64,000 nt of DNA, from assembly GCA_964057225.1 (NCBI GenBank), contig OZ059894.1:17112001-17176000 (forward strand), in the 5' to 3' direction. Within the stretch, counting starts at the first letter, position 1. Each line of letters begins with the position of its first letter. This document shows positions 35,997 through 48,600 of the stretch, in pieces. The DNA is from Auanema rhodensis. Taxonomy: Eukaryota > Animalia > Nematoda. The notes under the pieces were generated by a model. It made no database searches, was not told where the DNA came from, and saw only the letters and a program-made list of their open reading frames with translations. The position numbers and the translations under genes were made by a program.

Positions 35997-38551
35997 TTAA
36001 AGCTCTAATTTTCGTTTAATAGGGAAATGTCGTTTAGGATAAACTCTTAAACGTTGTAAACGCTGAGCTTCATCGAACATTTTCTTCATCTTGTCAGTAG
36101 TTGGTGACATAGTTATATATAAGAATTCGTCAATTGTATTTTCAACAAATAGCGGAGTCATTTCACGTCTGAAAAATTCAAGTCTAAGTTTTTTAAGGAA
36201 ATATCAAACTACCTGAGAGTATTCTCGACATCGTTTAATTGATTATATAGATCTCTAACAATAGGCTCAATCTGCTTCAAATACCTTCAAAATAAATAAA
36301 TTATTATTCAATCCATAAAGATTTGTATTACCAATTTTGACTGAAATCATGACGCATACTATAAGGAGAAAGCCAACCCATGATATGATGATTTTTGCTT
36401 AATTCATCTTCTACGTGAGCAATTGTTTGACGAGCTACTCCTTGGAACATCTTGTACACTTGCGATCCTAAATTTTGAATTTTAAGAATAATTTTAAAAG
36501 TAAAGTTCAAAGAAAATAGTTAGAAAAATTTAAATCATATTAACCTGGGAAATCGCAAGTTGCACTAACTATATTCAAATCTTGAACATCGAATGATGAA
36601 CAGCCTAACAGTTTACCTGCCTTTGTACGAGCTGTATTTGTGTTCTAAAAATATACAAAACTAAGTTCGATTTTAAAAAATTGAATATAATCATTTGAAG
36701 AATACTTACGACATTATCTCCTAATAAAGCTATTTGAATTTGTAATATCATTGATGGAGTTCCCATGGGAAGAATTTCACATAAAGCTGCCATATGATCA
36801 TATCTAAGAAGAAATAAATGTTAAAAGAACATGTAGAAGTGATGAATGATACCTCTGCCAGCCTGTGATAATAATTCCCCCAAACTTCCTGAATTTCTTT
36901 TCTTGACTCTATAAATCAAGCAGAATATATTTTTTGTTTATATTTTATCAAAAAGAATTACTAATTTAGTATTTATCCAGGCACGATTATTTGCTTCATA
37001 ATGTCGAATATCGATATATTTCGCGGATGGGAAGTTTGCCCCCTTGTATGCTGATGAAGCCCAAATTATAGGGAAATTGTCGGCTAGGGTTGAAAAACTC
37101 CAATCTATAATTTTTTATTGAGATGAGAGATCATGAAATTTTTCGTTCGAACCGTTCATGGTGACTATGTTTTCGGAATAATCCCAGACAACTGGCTGAA
37201 TATATTTTGAAAGTTCCAATCGTTTGATAAGGCGACCATCAAAATCTTTGAGCATATCATGCCACGCCAAAACTCTTCAAATATGAGAAAATAGACAAAA
37301 TGATTTGTATCAAACAAACGTTGTGTTAGTCATTGATTTCACATATTGAGCGATGCCCTTCAGATGACTAAGAGCTAATGTCTGTCGTCCACCATCCATG
37401 CCATGCTTGGCAATCCAATCTTTAGATTTTGTACAAACACCGAACTGAAGATAATACTATTATTTTTATACTATTCTATATTTACTGATCGCTATAACCT
37501 ATATTGCAATCAAAGACACTGGAAAACGATATTTACCTCAAACGCTTCATCTGCTCCTATGTGGAAATAAGGAATTTCAAATTCGTTGTGAACATCGATA
37601 ACTTGTTTCAATGCATCTTTCACTACTTGAACGCCTTCTTCATCTCCAAGACATAATACCTTAAAAAATTTGATTTAGATATTAAATTAATTCAAATTGC
37701 TTTGAAAACCTGAGGATAAGCTTCATTTTCACGCAAATGTTTGAACTCTTCTAATTTCAATATCCATTCTAAATGACCAAATGTTTGAACCAGTGGAATT
37801 ATATCTAATCCCAAATTGCTAAAATAAGATATTTAGATACAGTTCTCCCGATTCCTTGTCTTACGTAGCCTCAGTTAAAATTTCGCGTACATCATCCATA
37901 GAATAGAAATCGGTACCTCTTGCCAGCTCCAATCTGCCTGTCCATGGAAACGTCTCTTCCCACTCAATAAGAACACCTGGAATCAATAAACTGGGAATAC
38001 GAAAACGTCAACAATATAATAAATAGCTGAAAAAAACGAATCTCCCACCTGTAGCTCCAGCTTTAGCTATAAGCCCGAGAAGCTGTTTAAAATATGGAAC
38101 TTTTGGGGCTGCTCCTTTTAAATCAAAGTGCACAATTACATTTTCATAAAACTCTTTCTAAATCAGGAGTAGGAGATGAAAACTAAAAAAGTTTACTACC
38201 TCTCTATTTTTCTTTGGTTTATGTCTAATATTGCTGACTTGCTTTTGAGGCTCAGGAATCTTGACTACTTCCTGAATAGAAATATCTATGCTCGTGCTGA
38301 TTATTCAATGAAAAACTCACTGGTTGTTCTTTAACAAACGTAGGCAAGTTTTCAGCCTTTTCAAGGTTCTATAATTGAAATTACAATGAATAGAAGTAGA
38401 ATAAAAGTATTCTAACCTCTTCATGATGATAACTTACTCCTCGTGGATGAGATGATGTTATTTGAATGAATATAACAAACAAGCAAACAACTAAAATACT
38501 TTTAAAGAAGATTCCCCATCCGCGTCGTCGTACAGAACGAATAGTTAACAT
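35997..38551 (-). CDS. hex-2: GH20 beta-N-acetylhexosaminidase, HEXD-like subfamily, type II membrane protein
   Basis: N-terminal basic stretch plus TM segment; VHFDLKGAAP, GVLIEWEETFPW, IIPLVQTFGHLEWILK, catalytic FHIGADEAFE, LAWHDM, VVWDY, WASSAYKGA, IIITGWQRYDH. Family is secure; hex-2 versus other hex paralogs is from memory only. Confidence 0.88.
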
Positions 38552-40340
38552 GTTTTATGGAACCATTCAAATGATATCGGAAATAATAAATTATATTATA
38601 AATAAACAAGAAGTACAGATATTATTCAATTGAAGATTTCTAACTAAATATACAGATATGAAATATGATTATGTTTTCAACTGTTCTATATATATTTATA
38701 AAAGCGATGAATGAATGACAATTCAAAAAAGGATGATTGCATGATGAAAAATCATAATAATTAGACGAAAATGTTCTTTCTCTATTGAAAAAAAAGTTTT
38801 TATTAAAATCACGTCTACAAGAAGAAAAACTGCAGAAATCTAAAAAAATATTTTTGTTTTTCTGAAAAAAAAGAACTGCGAAATGTATAGTAAGTACAAA
38901 GATCTTTTATTCGTGGAAAATACACGATATGAATTCTCTTTCAATCCAAAAAGACTAAAAAATCAATCTGCTATATATGAGAAGCTTAAACTACTAATTA
39001 CACCTTACACCACATATCTTATTTTTAAATGAATTTGTATGTATATAGATAAAATAATTCTTACATACATATAAGTATCTTGAAATATAAAGTTGTATAG
39101 TTAATTTCGATACCTATATCATTAAACAATACAATATTGATATAGCATGAAATTAGAAGAGTTGGTAATGATAGCAAGAGAAAGAGAGATAGAGAAAAAA
39201 AAACTTAATATGACCATATAAAAGAAAATTTGATTTGAAATGATAATAAGCGATATGTATGTATATAATAATAGAAAAAAACCAAACTCTACAATACGAA
39301 TAGAAATTTATCGAGTTATATGGATTTCATATAAAAACAGATAAAATCCGATTGATAAAATGTGACCTGAAGCAAAGTAAAAGCAAAACAAAATTCTATA
39401 AAGAATGGTTTTACACTTTATAGCAGATACTAACAATGTTTCATCTATGATTTGGTAATATTTACAGAATGTAGAATAGAAATATTCGGATGATATAGAG
39501 GAAAGTCAAGGTTATACGTTCAATAGATCCTGAAACCGTGCCAACAGAGTAATTCAAAATTTATCGTGGATTTCTGGGGGAAGGTAGTTTGAAATAGAAA
39601 AAGGGAAAAAGAGGATGTTAGTTCTGTGGTAATGTATTATGAAATGGGTAAGAGCGGATGAGTGAAAAAAGGATAAGTAGATACACAGTCGTTTAATCAA
39701 ATGGATAAAGCAAAAATACTTCGACATCAATAAAGAGATATTAGACAAGATGATTGTTCTGAAGATTGCCGGCTAGTTGAAGATATATAAAAGTCGAAAA
39801 AGAAAAGCGCAGTTCAGAAAATTTAATTTGCTAAGATGTGGGAAAGATAGATAAAAGTGTTAGTTTGTCTCTTATCTGAAAGGTCTTGTATGTAGTTAGT
39901 TACAACTAAAACAGAAATGAGATTTCAAATAGAAATTGTCTCCATGAAAATATCTTTCTGTAATAGTAGGTTATGTAAAATACAAAGTAATTGATGAATA
40001 TAAGAACATTCAAAGATCCAGCTAACAATGACCTGTCATTATTGAACGAGAGATCAAAGACAACACGAAAATAAAAAAGAAAAGCAACTGGTGAATGCGA
40101 AATTTGGATGGGAGCCAATAAGCTTGTTTATGAAAGATTTCATGTAAATCCGAAGAAATGATTTGGTTATGAACCCACAAGTTAGTTTGTCAGAAACAAG
40201 GGATAGATTAGTTTAGATTGAGTTATTGAGTTAGACAAAGCACAGGGAGGCAATAGGAGGTAGAAATGAAAAAAAAAGACAAAAAAGAGTGAATAAAAGA
40301 CTAAGAGATTTAACAAATATGAATAGTAAAATTGTTAGAA

Positions 40341-40423
40341 AGAGAGAGGAGATAGAGATGAATAGATAGAGAGATAGAGAGATAGATATATATATATATA
40401 TAGAGAGAGAGATATAAAGAGAT

Positions 40424-40463
<40 letters not shown>
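40341..40463. repeat. Compound (GA)n/(GATA)/(TA)n microsatellite
   Basis: Read directly. Confidence 0.9.
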
Positions 40464-40465
<2 letters not shown>

Positions 40466-40954
40466 ACAGCAAGAAAATGGGAGGAAATGTTGATATACTA
40501 AGAGTATTAATCGATAAGGTTATGCACTGATAAGGAGACAGTGTGGAGATGGTTAATGTTGACGAGTAGTGAACCTAAAAACTGTATAGGAAATTGATTC
40601 ACAACAGGTTTCACAACACAGGAGGCTTACGGATTCAGAACAGAAGCAACATCATTGATCTGTTGCAGAAAAGTGTCATTAGCCATACGAGATCTGATCT
40701 TTGTTGTCGCTTTGCTATTATGATTATGGAACTCATATGCGAAAGAAGACCTAACACGCGGTCGATGATGTGAGAGTAAAAGAAAATGTATAGAAAACGT
40801 AAGAAAGAGAGGTGTACAACCGGTCAAAACTAAAGAGAGAAGAACAAGAATGAAAATTAGGATAAAGAGAAAAGGTTACAAACACACGATTTGTAGAGAA
40901 TCGAAGAAATGTTTCCAACTAGATGCGGTTATGAACATATGTTCCTCTTTTTCA

Positions 40955-40996
40955 AAGAATTTGTCATTTATTTGCAGATGAAAATGACAAATTCTT
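40955..40996. repeat. Perfect 15-bp inverted repeat with 12-nt spacer
   Basis: AAGAATTTGTCATTT (40955-40969) and AAATGACAAATTCTT (40982-40996) are exact reverse complements. Confidence 0.85.
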
Positions 40997-42583
40997 GTTA
41001 GAAAAAAGGTGAAGAATATCTTGAGAAAGTTGCTACTAGGACTACAAAGTATATTGATATTTAGAAGATCAAACTATTATACAATCAGCAAAGGTTCAAA
41101 TACAGCATTGAGCAATTGCCCGAATTGAACACAGAGCGTAACCAAGGTAACGAACATTGAAAGTGATCAGGAAACCTTTTGCCTGAATGTTGTGGAAGGA
41201 ATGATCACAATTATCAATTAAGTGATAAAAGTTAATAGAGACTAATATAATATCACAATTTATATAATATTGATATAGATATGAATTGGTCTATAGAATT
41301 CATCTATGGAACAGATGGCAATATAGAGACTTTTGTGCAATAAACCTCAATGAGGCAACAGCTCGTTTAAACATTTGGATGTGAAAATTAAAGTTTCGAA
41401 GATATTAAGGAAATAAACGACATGAGAATGAGTATTTTGATTTCTATGACAATTTACGAAAAAAATCTACAATTATAGGATAAAGATGCGATAAATAGAT
41501 AGAAAGAACATCAAAAGGACAGCATATTAGCGAAGATGTATTAAGAAACAGAATTTGTACAATTGAGGTAGGAAGAAAAAGTGGAGAAGGAATAAAGGAA
41601 TTGGAAAAGTAGGAGATATTGCTAAGGTTGTTTGACCTCGAAAGTAAGAAAGAAAAGAAATAGATTATGACTTGGACAATGAGAGTCAGGAAGAAAATAA
41701 AGTATAAATTCGTCACTCTACATTTGGATTTATACCGCATTATTGAGATCAAATCCCAACTAAACGGATGAAGTAGTATAAATAAGTGAGGAAAGCATGG
41801 AAAAGCCAGAATATACTGGGAAAGTTTGACAGATATTTAAACAAAAATTTCCATGAGGCTTCCAATTAATTAGCAACCTATGTATGGCAGTACTGCATAA
41901 TAAATCCAGACAAAAACAGCTATTTTAATAGAATAACATGTAGTAAAAGAAAAACTTTTACTAATGCTAACAGCTTCAATATCGGACAGTCACATTCATT
42001 CATGTTCAATAACAGAGATATATACGTGAACGAGAAACAAAGGCCATAAAAGGAAGATGCTCTCAGTTGTTCAACCATTATCAAATGTTCTGGCTTTGTT
42101 TCGAGGAAAACCCAAATTGAAGAGACCAATCAGCGACTCATTATTGAATTATAGGACATTTCATGAGAATGACAACTAAATAAATGAGATTTTGATGTTG
42201 ACGGATTTATTTAACCATTTTTTAAGAAAGTTATTATTGTGACTGAATTTTTCAGAAATGCGGAAAATGGACTCAGCAAAGTAACACAGAAACAACTTGG
42301 ATAAACACTAGTTTTTTTGTTATTCTGCTATATCTTACACTCTGTTTTTTCTCGGAAAAACTTTTAAAAAATGGCATACGTATATTCCAAACAAAGATCA
42401 TAAGCTAACTCTTGGTGAAAGAATGCAAGAATAATTGAGTATATCTTTATGAATTTTCTAGTTTAAAGTCTACCAAGACAAAAACTTTTAATCGAGGTTG
42501 AAATCGAGTTAGTAGTTCGAATTAAAAAACTTCTATCGATCTGCTTTACGAAACTTCAGCATAACTAGCAGAGTAGAAAATCA

Positions 42584-42655
42584 GGCCGAGTGGTCTAGTG
42601 GTATGATTCTCGCTTAGGGTGCGAGAGGTCCCGGGATCGATCCCCGGCTCGGCCC
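42584..42655 (+). tRNA. tRNA-Pro (anticodon AGG)
   Basis: GGCCGAG/CTCGGCC acceptor stem, D arm TGGTCTAGTGGTATGA, anticodon arm CTCGC-TTAGGGT-GCGAG, T arm CCGGG-ATCGATC-CCCGG, followed by T-runs (Pol III terminator). Confidence 0.97.
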
Positions 42656-45600
42656 CAACTTTTGCTTTTTTATGTTCGAACGGTTATCTTATCATTTTAT
42701 AGTACAAAAGCTGTAGTACAATATGAATAATCGAAAAGTTACCATTATTCTAGAATAAAATATTATTTTCAAAAAATATCTCAACATAAATTGGATGTAA
42801 GCAGGGAAGAAACTGAGAAAAAGGTGTATGAGACTGATTCTACGAAGACAAATCCGTTTTCATCGCTAAAAATGTACTTTAAAAGGTCTTTTGTGTTTAC
42901 GAGGTGATGCAGATTTAACAATTGGTATAAAAAGATAAAGAAATCATGAAATAGAAGAATGATTTCAGAGGTATAATAGTCGCAGATCTTTCTTTATAAC
43001 GTATAGGGCAGTACAATTGCAGTACTGGTCTTAGAAACTGTATAAAATATAATATAAAATACGAAATAAAGGATAGTTTGTATAGATTGGTCATATTGAT
43101 ATCATGACAAATATTGTCTCGAAATTTTGTATGAGCAGCTGAAAAAACATAATAAAAGGAAAATATAATTACAAACTATAAAAGGATATGTCCAGGTTAA
43201 TTAAAGCCTTTTAATAAATCTGATTGAATGAAAAATCGATTTCGAGCTGAAATATAAAGATAATAATAAAAAAAATCAAGACAAAAATGTTTCTCGCCAT
43301 GTACGTGACGATCAAAACCGATGTGAGAGAGGACGTACTATACAAATAAAAGCAGTATTTATTGATTTGTTAGATTGACACAGAATCTTTTATGGAAAAT
43401 ATGAATGGGTTATAATATATCATATTTGAAAGGAAAAAAAAGATAATTGTTATAATTACAGAGAGATAAAAGCGTGTCAACTATACGGTAGGATTGATGA
43501 GGATAATTCAACTAATATAGAATCAAGAAAAAAAAAGCGAACAGTTTCTTTGTTGAATATTGGAAAAAAAGAAAAAAGGGAGATAAATAGAAAACAGACA
43601 CAAATATTTTTTTCTGAAAAACAGAATTTCAAAGGTGTGCTACGACGTTTTCAAGCTCTCTCGCAATCACGTTCCTGCAACCTTCAACATGAAGTAGACG
43701 CAATTTAAATATCAATAACAACTTATCTAAATGAAGAATATTGTATTAGAATTAGAATTTTTTTTTCAAATCGAATTTGGAAAAAAACAGCATGTGATAT
43801 ACGAATATATGAAGTATATAAAATTACCAGTTAGACAGATCAAGTAAATATTTAAAATTTTCGAAAAAAAAAGAGCAGAAAAAAGTTTGAAATAAACAAA
43901 GAACGAACAACGAACACAAAATTATGAAATTTTTTAAATTATTGTTTGTTTACTATAAGTGAGCAGTTGAAATACTTAAATATAATTTTTACGTGTATTT
44001 TGAATCGAAAAACAACTTGAGCATATCAAAGAAAATAATTTATGCGACCAATAGAGCTTAAATTTTTACATGTGAAGGTAATTACAACTAATTTTTGTAG
44101 AAAACTTAAAAAATTTCATAGGAAAGATCCTTTTTTTCTATCGGAAGTACTGAATATTTCTTTTTTTTTTATCCAAATATATGATTTATGAATAATTCTT
44201 AACTTCATTTCATTATTTCTTTCTTATTGAAATTAGGCAATCTATTGATATTTATAAATATTTGTTACCTTCATACTCTTTAGGTAAATTTATTAAAATT
44301 ATGAATGATTGAGTGACAAATGAAGACAATCAACAAGATGACCTATCGTATGTTAGAGACAGATGAGGTGACAATTGACTTATCTTGTCATCTATGATTT
44401 GGCTACTTTCCAGATAACAAATAGGTCATCATAGTTCTCATAAAAACAACAACATTTTAACCATTACAAACAGTTTAACTATAATATATTGCTCTATCTC
44501 GTTGTAAACAATGAACGAAAAAAACAAATTTGAGAACACTTTCTCAAAAAAAACTTTGACCTTGGTATTCATATACTTGATCCCCTTTAATAAAACGAAG
44601 TTACCTTTAAGCTCGATGCAGAAATAAACTAATAGAATATTTGTCGAAGGAAGCAATTGTAGCCTTTAAAGTAAATGATTTGCTCACCAGATTATCTTTA
44701 TTTACTTATTAATATATAACAACCTACAGTTGAGCATATGCTTGTCTTTTTTCATTCAAATGTTTGTATTTAAATAATAAAATTTTATTTTAAATTATTT
44801 CCTAATTAACATAAATGTATTAATTAATACAAACATTAAATTGTCAAAAATACAAACGCAGACAATCATGTTCATAAAGCTAAGACTGTTATAAGCTAGA
44901 TCTCTTGACCCTGGGATTGATTAATAGCACCGTTCGGCAAATAGACAAACTAACTGTCTTACAAGGTGGATTATAAGAATAAACAAAGCTAAACGAGTAG
45001 TTTTAAGTAAAGATGAGACTGACTTATCCTTCTACTAGCTTTTATCTATCTCCTCAATGTTTCTTTCCCTCATTAAATCCTTTTTTTTTACGATTTTTGC
45101 AGGATTGGTACTGTAATTTATAAAAAAAATAGTTCTTCAATGAATGAATTTTTTATTTTAAATATTTGTAGTCAATCTAAATTTACTAAATTTGTTTTAT
45201 TTTATGTGATAAATGCTGTTTCTGAACATCAACATTGCAAAAATAGTTTCAGTTTGTCTAATTTCTTCAATTTGTTTCTTTTTGTTTCTTTTTGATTAAT
45301 CACATGTTACATTTTATACATTGCTTTATATAATGTCAACTTAAGTTGTTCTAAGTTTTTCCTCGCAAATCATGATGATGTTAGTCAATCGGTAATCGAT
45401 CATATCTGTTGAACTGACGGCTGGCGCCTGTCGTATGCGGTCCCCTTTCTCGTCCGGAAAGAACCTCCTCAGACATCGAACAGACATAAGTCTGAGCTCA
45501 TCACATATCATAGATCCTATTTTTCATAAGATAAGATTTATTACTTTTTTTTCCATAATCTTGATATTTCAAATTTCTATTATCTTTTCTGAAATTATAT

Positions 45601-48600
45601 TTGAGGTTTATCTATTCCATTATTTCTAGTATTTCAAGTTCGAATATTTTACCTCATCAAGGTGTCAAAATCAAATTTACAGTTGTTTATTATTTCGAAT
45701 TTCAAAATATTTTTCAACGTGAAGCTCTTTGTGCAACCATTCGAAATTCCATCATTCTGCTACATATATAGCTTTGATGGATGGATGGCTGACGATCATT
45801 GTCGGTTTAGGATCTGAACCTCTATTGACAGCTGATGTAATTAAAATTGCTGGAGGCGTTAATAATGTCACCGCAAGAGCTTCATATGTCTCTTTTATTC
45901 TGTGTGGCATTTCGATGTATTGCAATAGTTTTGTACCTATTTCTGTTTCTATATTTATTTTCTTTTTTGTTCTCGTTCGATGTTTTGTCAAAAACTTATT
46001 TTTATTCTCAATTTCATATCATTGCTAGGACGGATGGACGAACTTTGCTTCATCAAAATCCCAAAGGTCTTATTGCTTATTCCTGAAGGCGAATTTCTTT
46101 CCTTAGCTTCAAAAACTTGAATTTATCTTTTATAATTCTTCAATAACGAACGATGCTTCTTTATCTTCTTCTACGTTTATGGCTGAACACCATATTGCTA
46201 CTGTTCAGTAATAATGGCTACTTATTGCCGCAAACCATTAAACGATTTAATTATAATATATAGATAAGTACTTATATGAAGAAAACCAAAATTTTCTCAT
46301 TCGACATCCATTAGGACATATTCAAGAAGCCAAAAAGGCATCTCTTTCTTTTTCTCTCGCTCTCTTAAAGACGGCAATGCATTGTTCTTCACATGGCTTC
46401 TGTCCATTTACTGACCTCCGTAAATTCTAAGCTTTTGCCTCTGCGTATGGGTCAGCTGGCTTGTAAACATCATTCAATTTGCATATTCTTATGCACTTAT
46501 CCCAAATTAAGCTATTCATATTACCGATGTTCATTGGCTAATACAATGTCGTATTTAGTATTTCTTCAGCGAACTTCTTAGAGTGTCTGGTCAAATCTTC
46601 AGTAGAACTATGAAAAAGTTCACCGTTTGCTGTGCTAACATTGCTTTGCTAGAAATTAGATTATAAGAATCACTGTAACACGTCAGGGGAGATAACAACT
46701 TTTACAAATTTAAAATGATTTACTCCTTTCTCAGCTTTGGCTTTTGAATGATGCTTCAAGTTTTAATATTCAGCTCTGAATATTCCTATCGCATTTAACA
46801 ATATTTCCTTCGATTTCTTTGTTATCTATTGAAGTTCTTTCACTTGCTTCTAATGGCTTTGATCAGTTCTGCAGATGGACGTTCGAATCTCAATGCAATC
46901 AGTCGCCTGTTCATACTCGAAGTGTCTTGACGTCGTTCGCCCATATGACCAGAGGGTAGACGACAACAAGGATAGAGAATGGAACTAAGGCATGAGAATC
47001 CACTTGATAATCATGGTCCACACTCATGCAGACTGCCTGTGCCACACATGGACAACAGATCGGAACAGAAGCATACGGAGAGAGAATGAGAATAAGAGAG
47101 TTATCCATATAGACGTTCATTAGGGCAGACTTATTGCTTCATACATGTGTGGCTTCTGTGCATCTAATTCCTAATTACATAATAGAATCTTCTGCTTCTC
47201 GACATAGCCCTCCTCCATTCTTACCAGTTGTCCTCCAGATTCTAAATTTCTCCTGTTCGCAACATATCTGTATGTTCTTATACATTTTTGAAATATTACG
47301 TTTGTTAGCTATCAGGCTTGAAAACAAGGGATCCAGCTCTTAGCTCTCTTATGGCTATTGCTTTTGCATTTTTATTAAGAATATCATATAGTATAGACTA
47401 GTTCCATATTTTTCAAATCAAACTATGCATTTCGAAATCTTGCTATTCCTCTCTCCTCTCCTCATCTATGCTACACTTTCTCTGCGTTCCAACGTCTAGC
47501 AGTGGCTACGATGTTCTCTTATTGCTGCTTATCTTCCATTTTTCCGTCAATCATCGCCGCTTCGAATTCAGATGGCCGGCCACAGATATGGACCGGACAT
47601 GTGGCTTAAGTTGATGCCCTTAGGCTACTTTCATTTTATGCTAATTAAGTCCTTATGGCAGTAGTCAATAGCCGTGTGTCTAAAACTAAAATGATTCCAC
47701 TAATGGAATATCCTTTTTCGTTTCGTCTTATTCTATTATTATGCTAAATCTACAGCTGGCAATGATGTTGCCCGAAATTCTTGTAACGCTTGAGTACTTC
47801 ATTCCATATTTCTGGATCAGAAACACAGCTTTAAGCTCCGATAGTGATTCATCCAACAGCTTTCTCAAATCTTCCTACGTTATTGTCTATTTTAAGACTT
47901 TTTTCTACCCCTCGGAAAATCAACAGTTAGATTTTCCCTCATCTCAATTCTATTCATCACATTTTTTTCTTCGTATTGGTTCCTCACAAGCATTTCTTTC
48001 CGTTTCTCACTTATGTTACTTCTGTGATGAAGCCGACGGCTAACTGCGGCTGCTTTGTACCATCAGACCAGGTGCTCAGGTCTTTCCGGTTCCCGACCAT
48101 GCGTCTTCTTTCACACCTATCGTAGTATCCTTTCATTAAGATGGGCTCCGGCAAAAGCATATTCTTAACCTATTGTTGCAGATCTATCACCTCATATTTT
48201 TCTTTTTTTGATTTTTTCTTTTTTTGTAAGGTGTGAACATGAATCTGAGCCGAGGTCAAGTTCAATTGACATGCATTAGCGGAGAGAGAGAATAACTATT
48301 TGCAACAATAGATGCATGAGCGGAAGTTTCAAAATAAATTTCTTCCAAATTGATCAATTCCGAAAATTTATAATTATAACTGTTTATGATATGGCTGATG
48401 ATTAAATTTGGTCAATTGTTATGTTGTTGTCGGTCATATGTAGCGATTACATTTCATGTCACTCAAGCACGGCCATGACAACCCAACGTTCCCGACTGTA
48501 CTGCCTACCTCGTTGTCTATGTTGTCCGTCAGTTTCTTTTTCTCTCTACCTCTTTCCTTTCTTCTAGTCTCTCTGAACATTCAATAAGAAAAGTAGAACT

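Noticed and set aside
42630-42646. tRNA T-loop reads ATCGATC rather than TTCGA, suggesting a pseudogene
   Set aside because: All stems pair perfectly, and A54 is, as I recall, normal for nematode tRNA-Pro(AGG).
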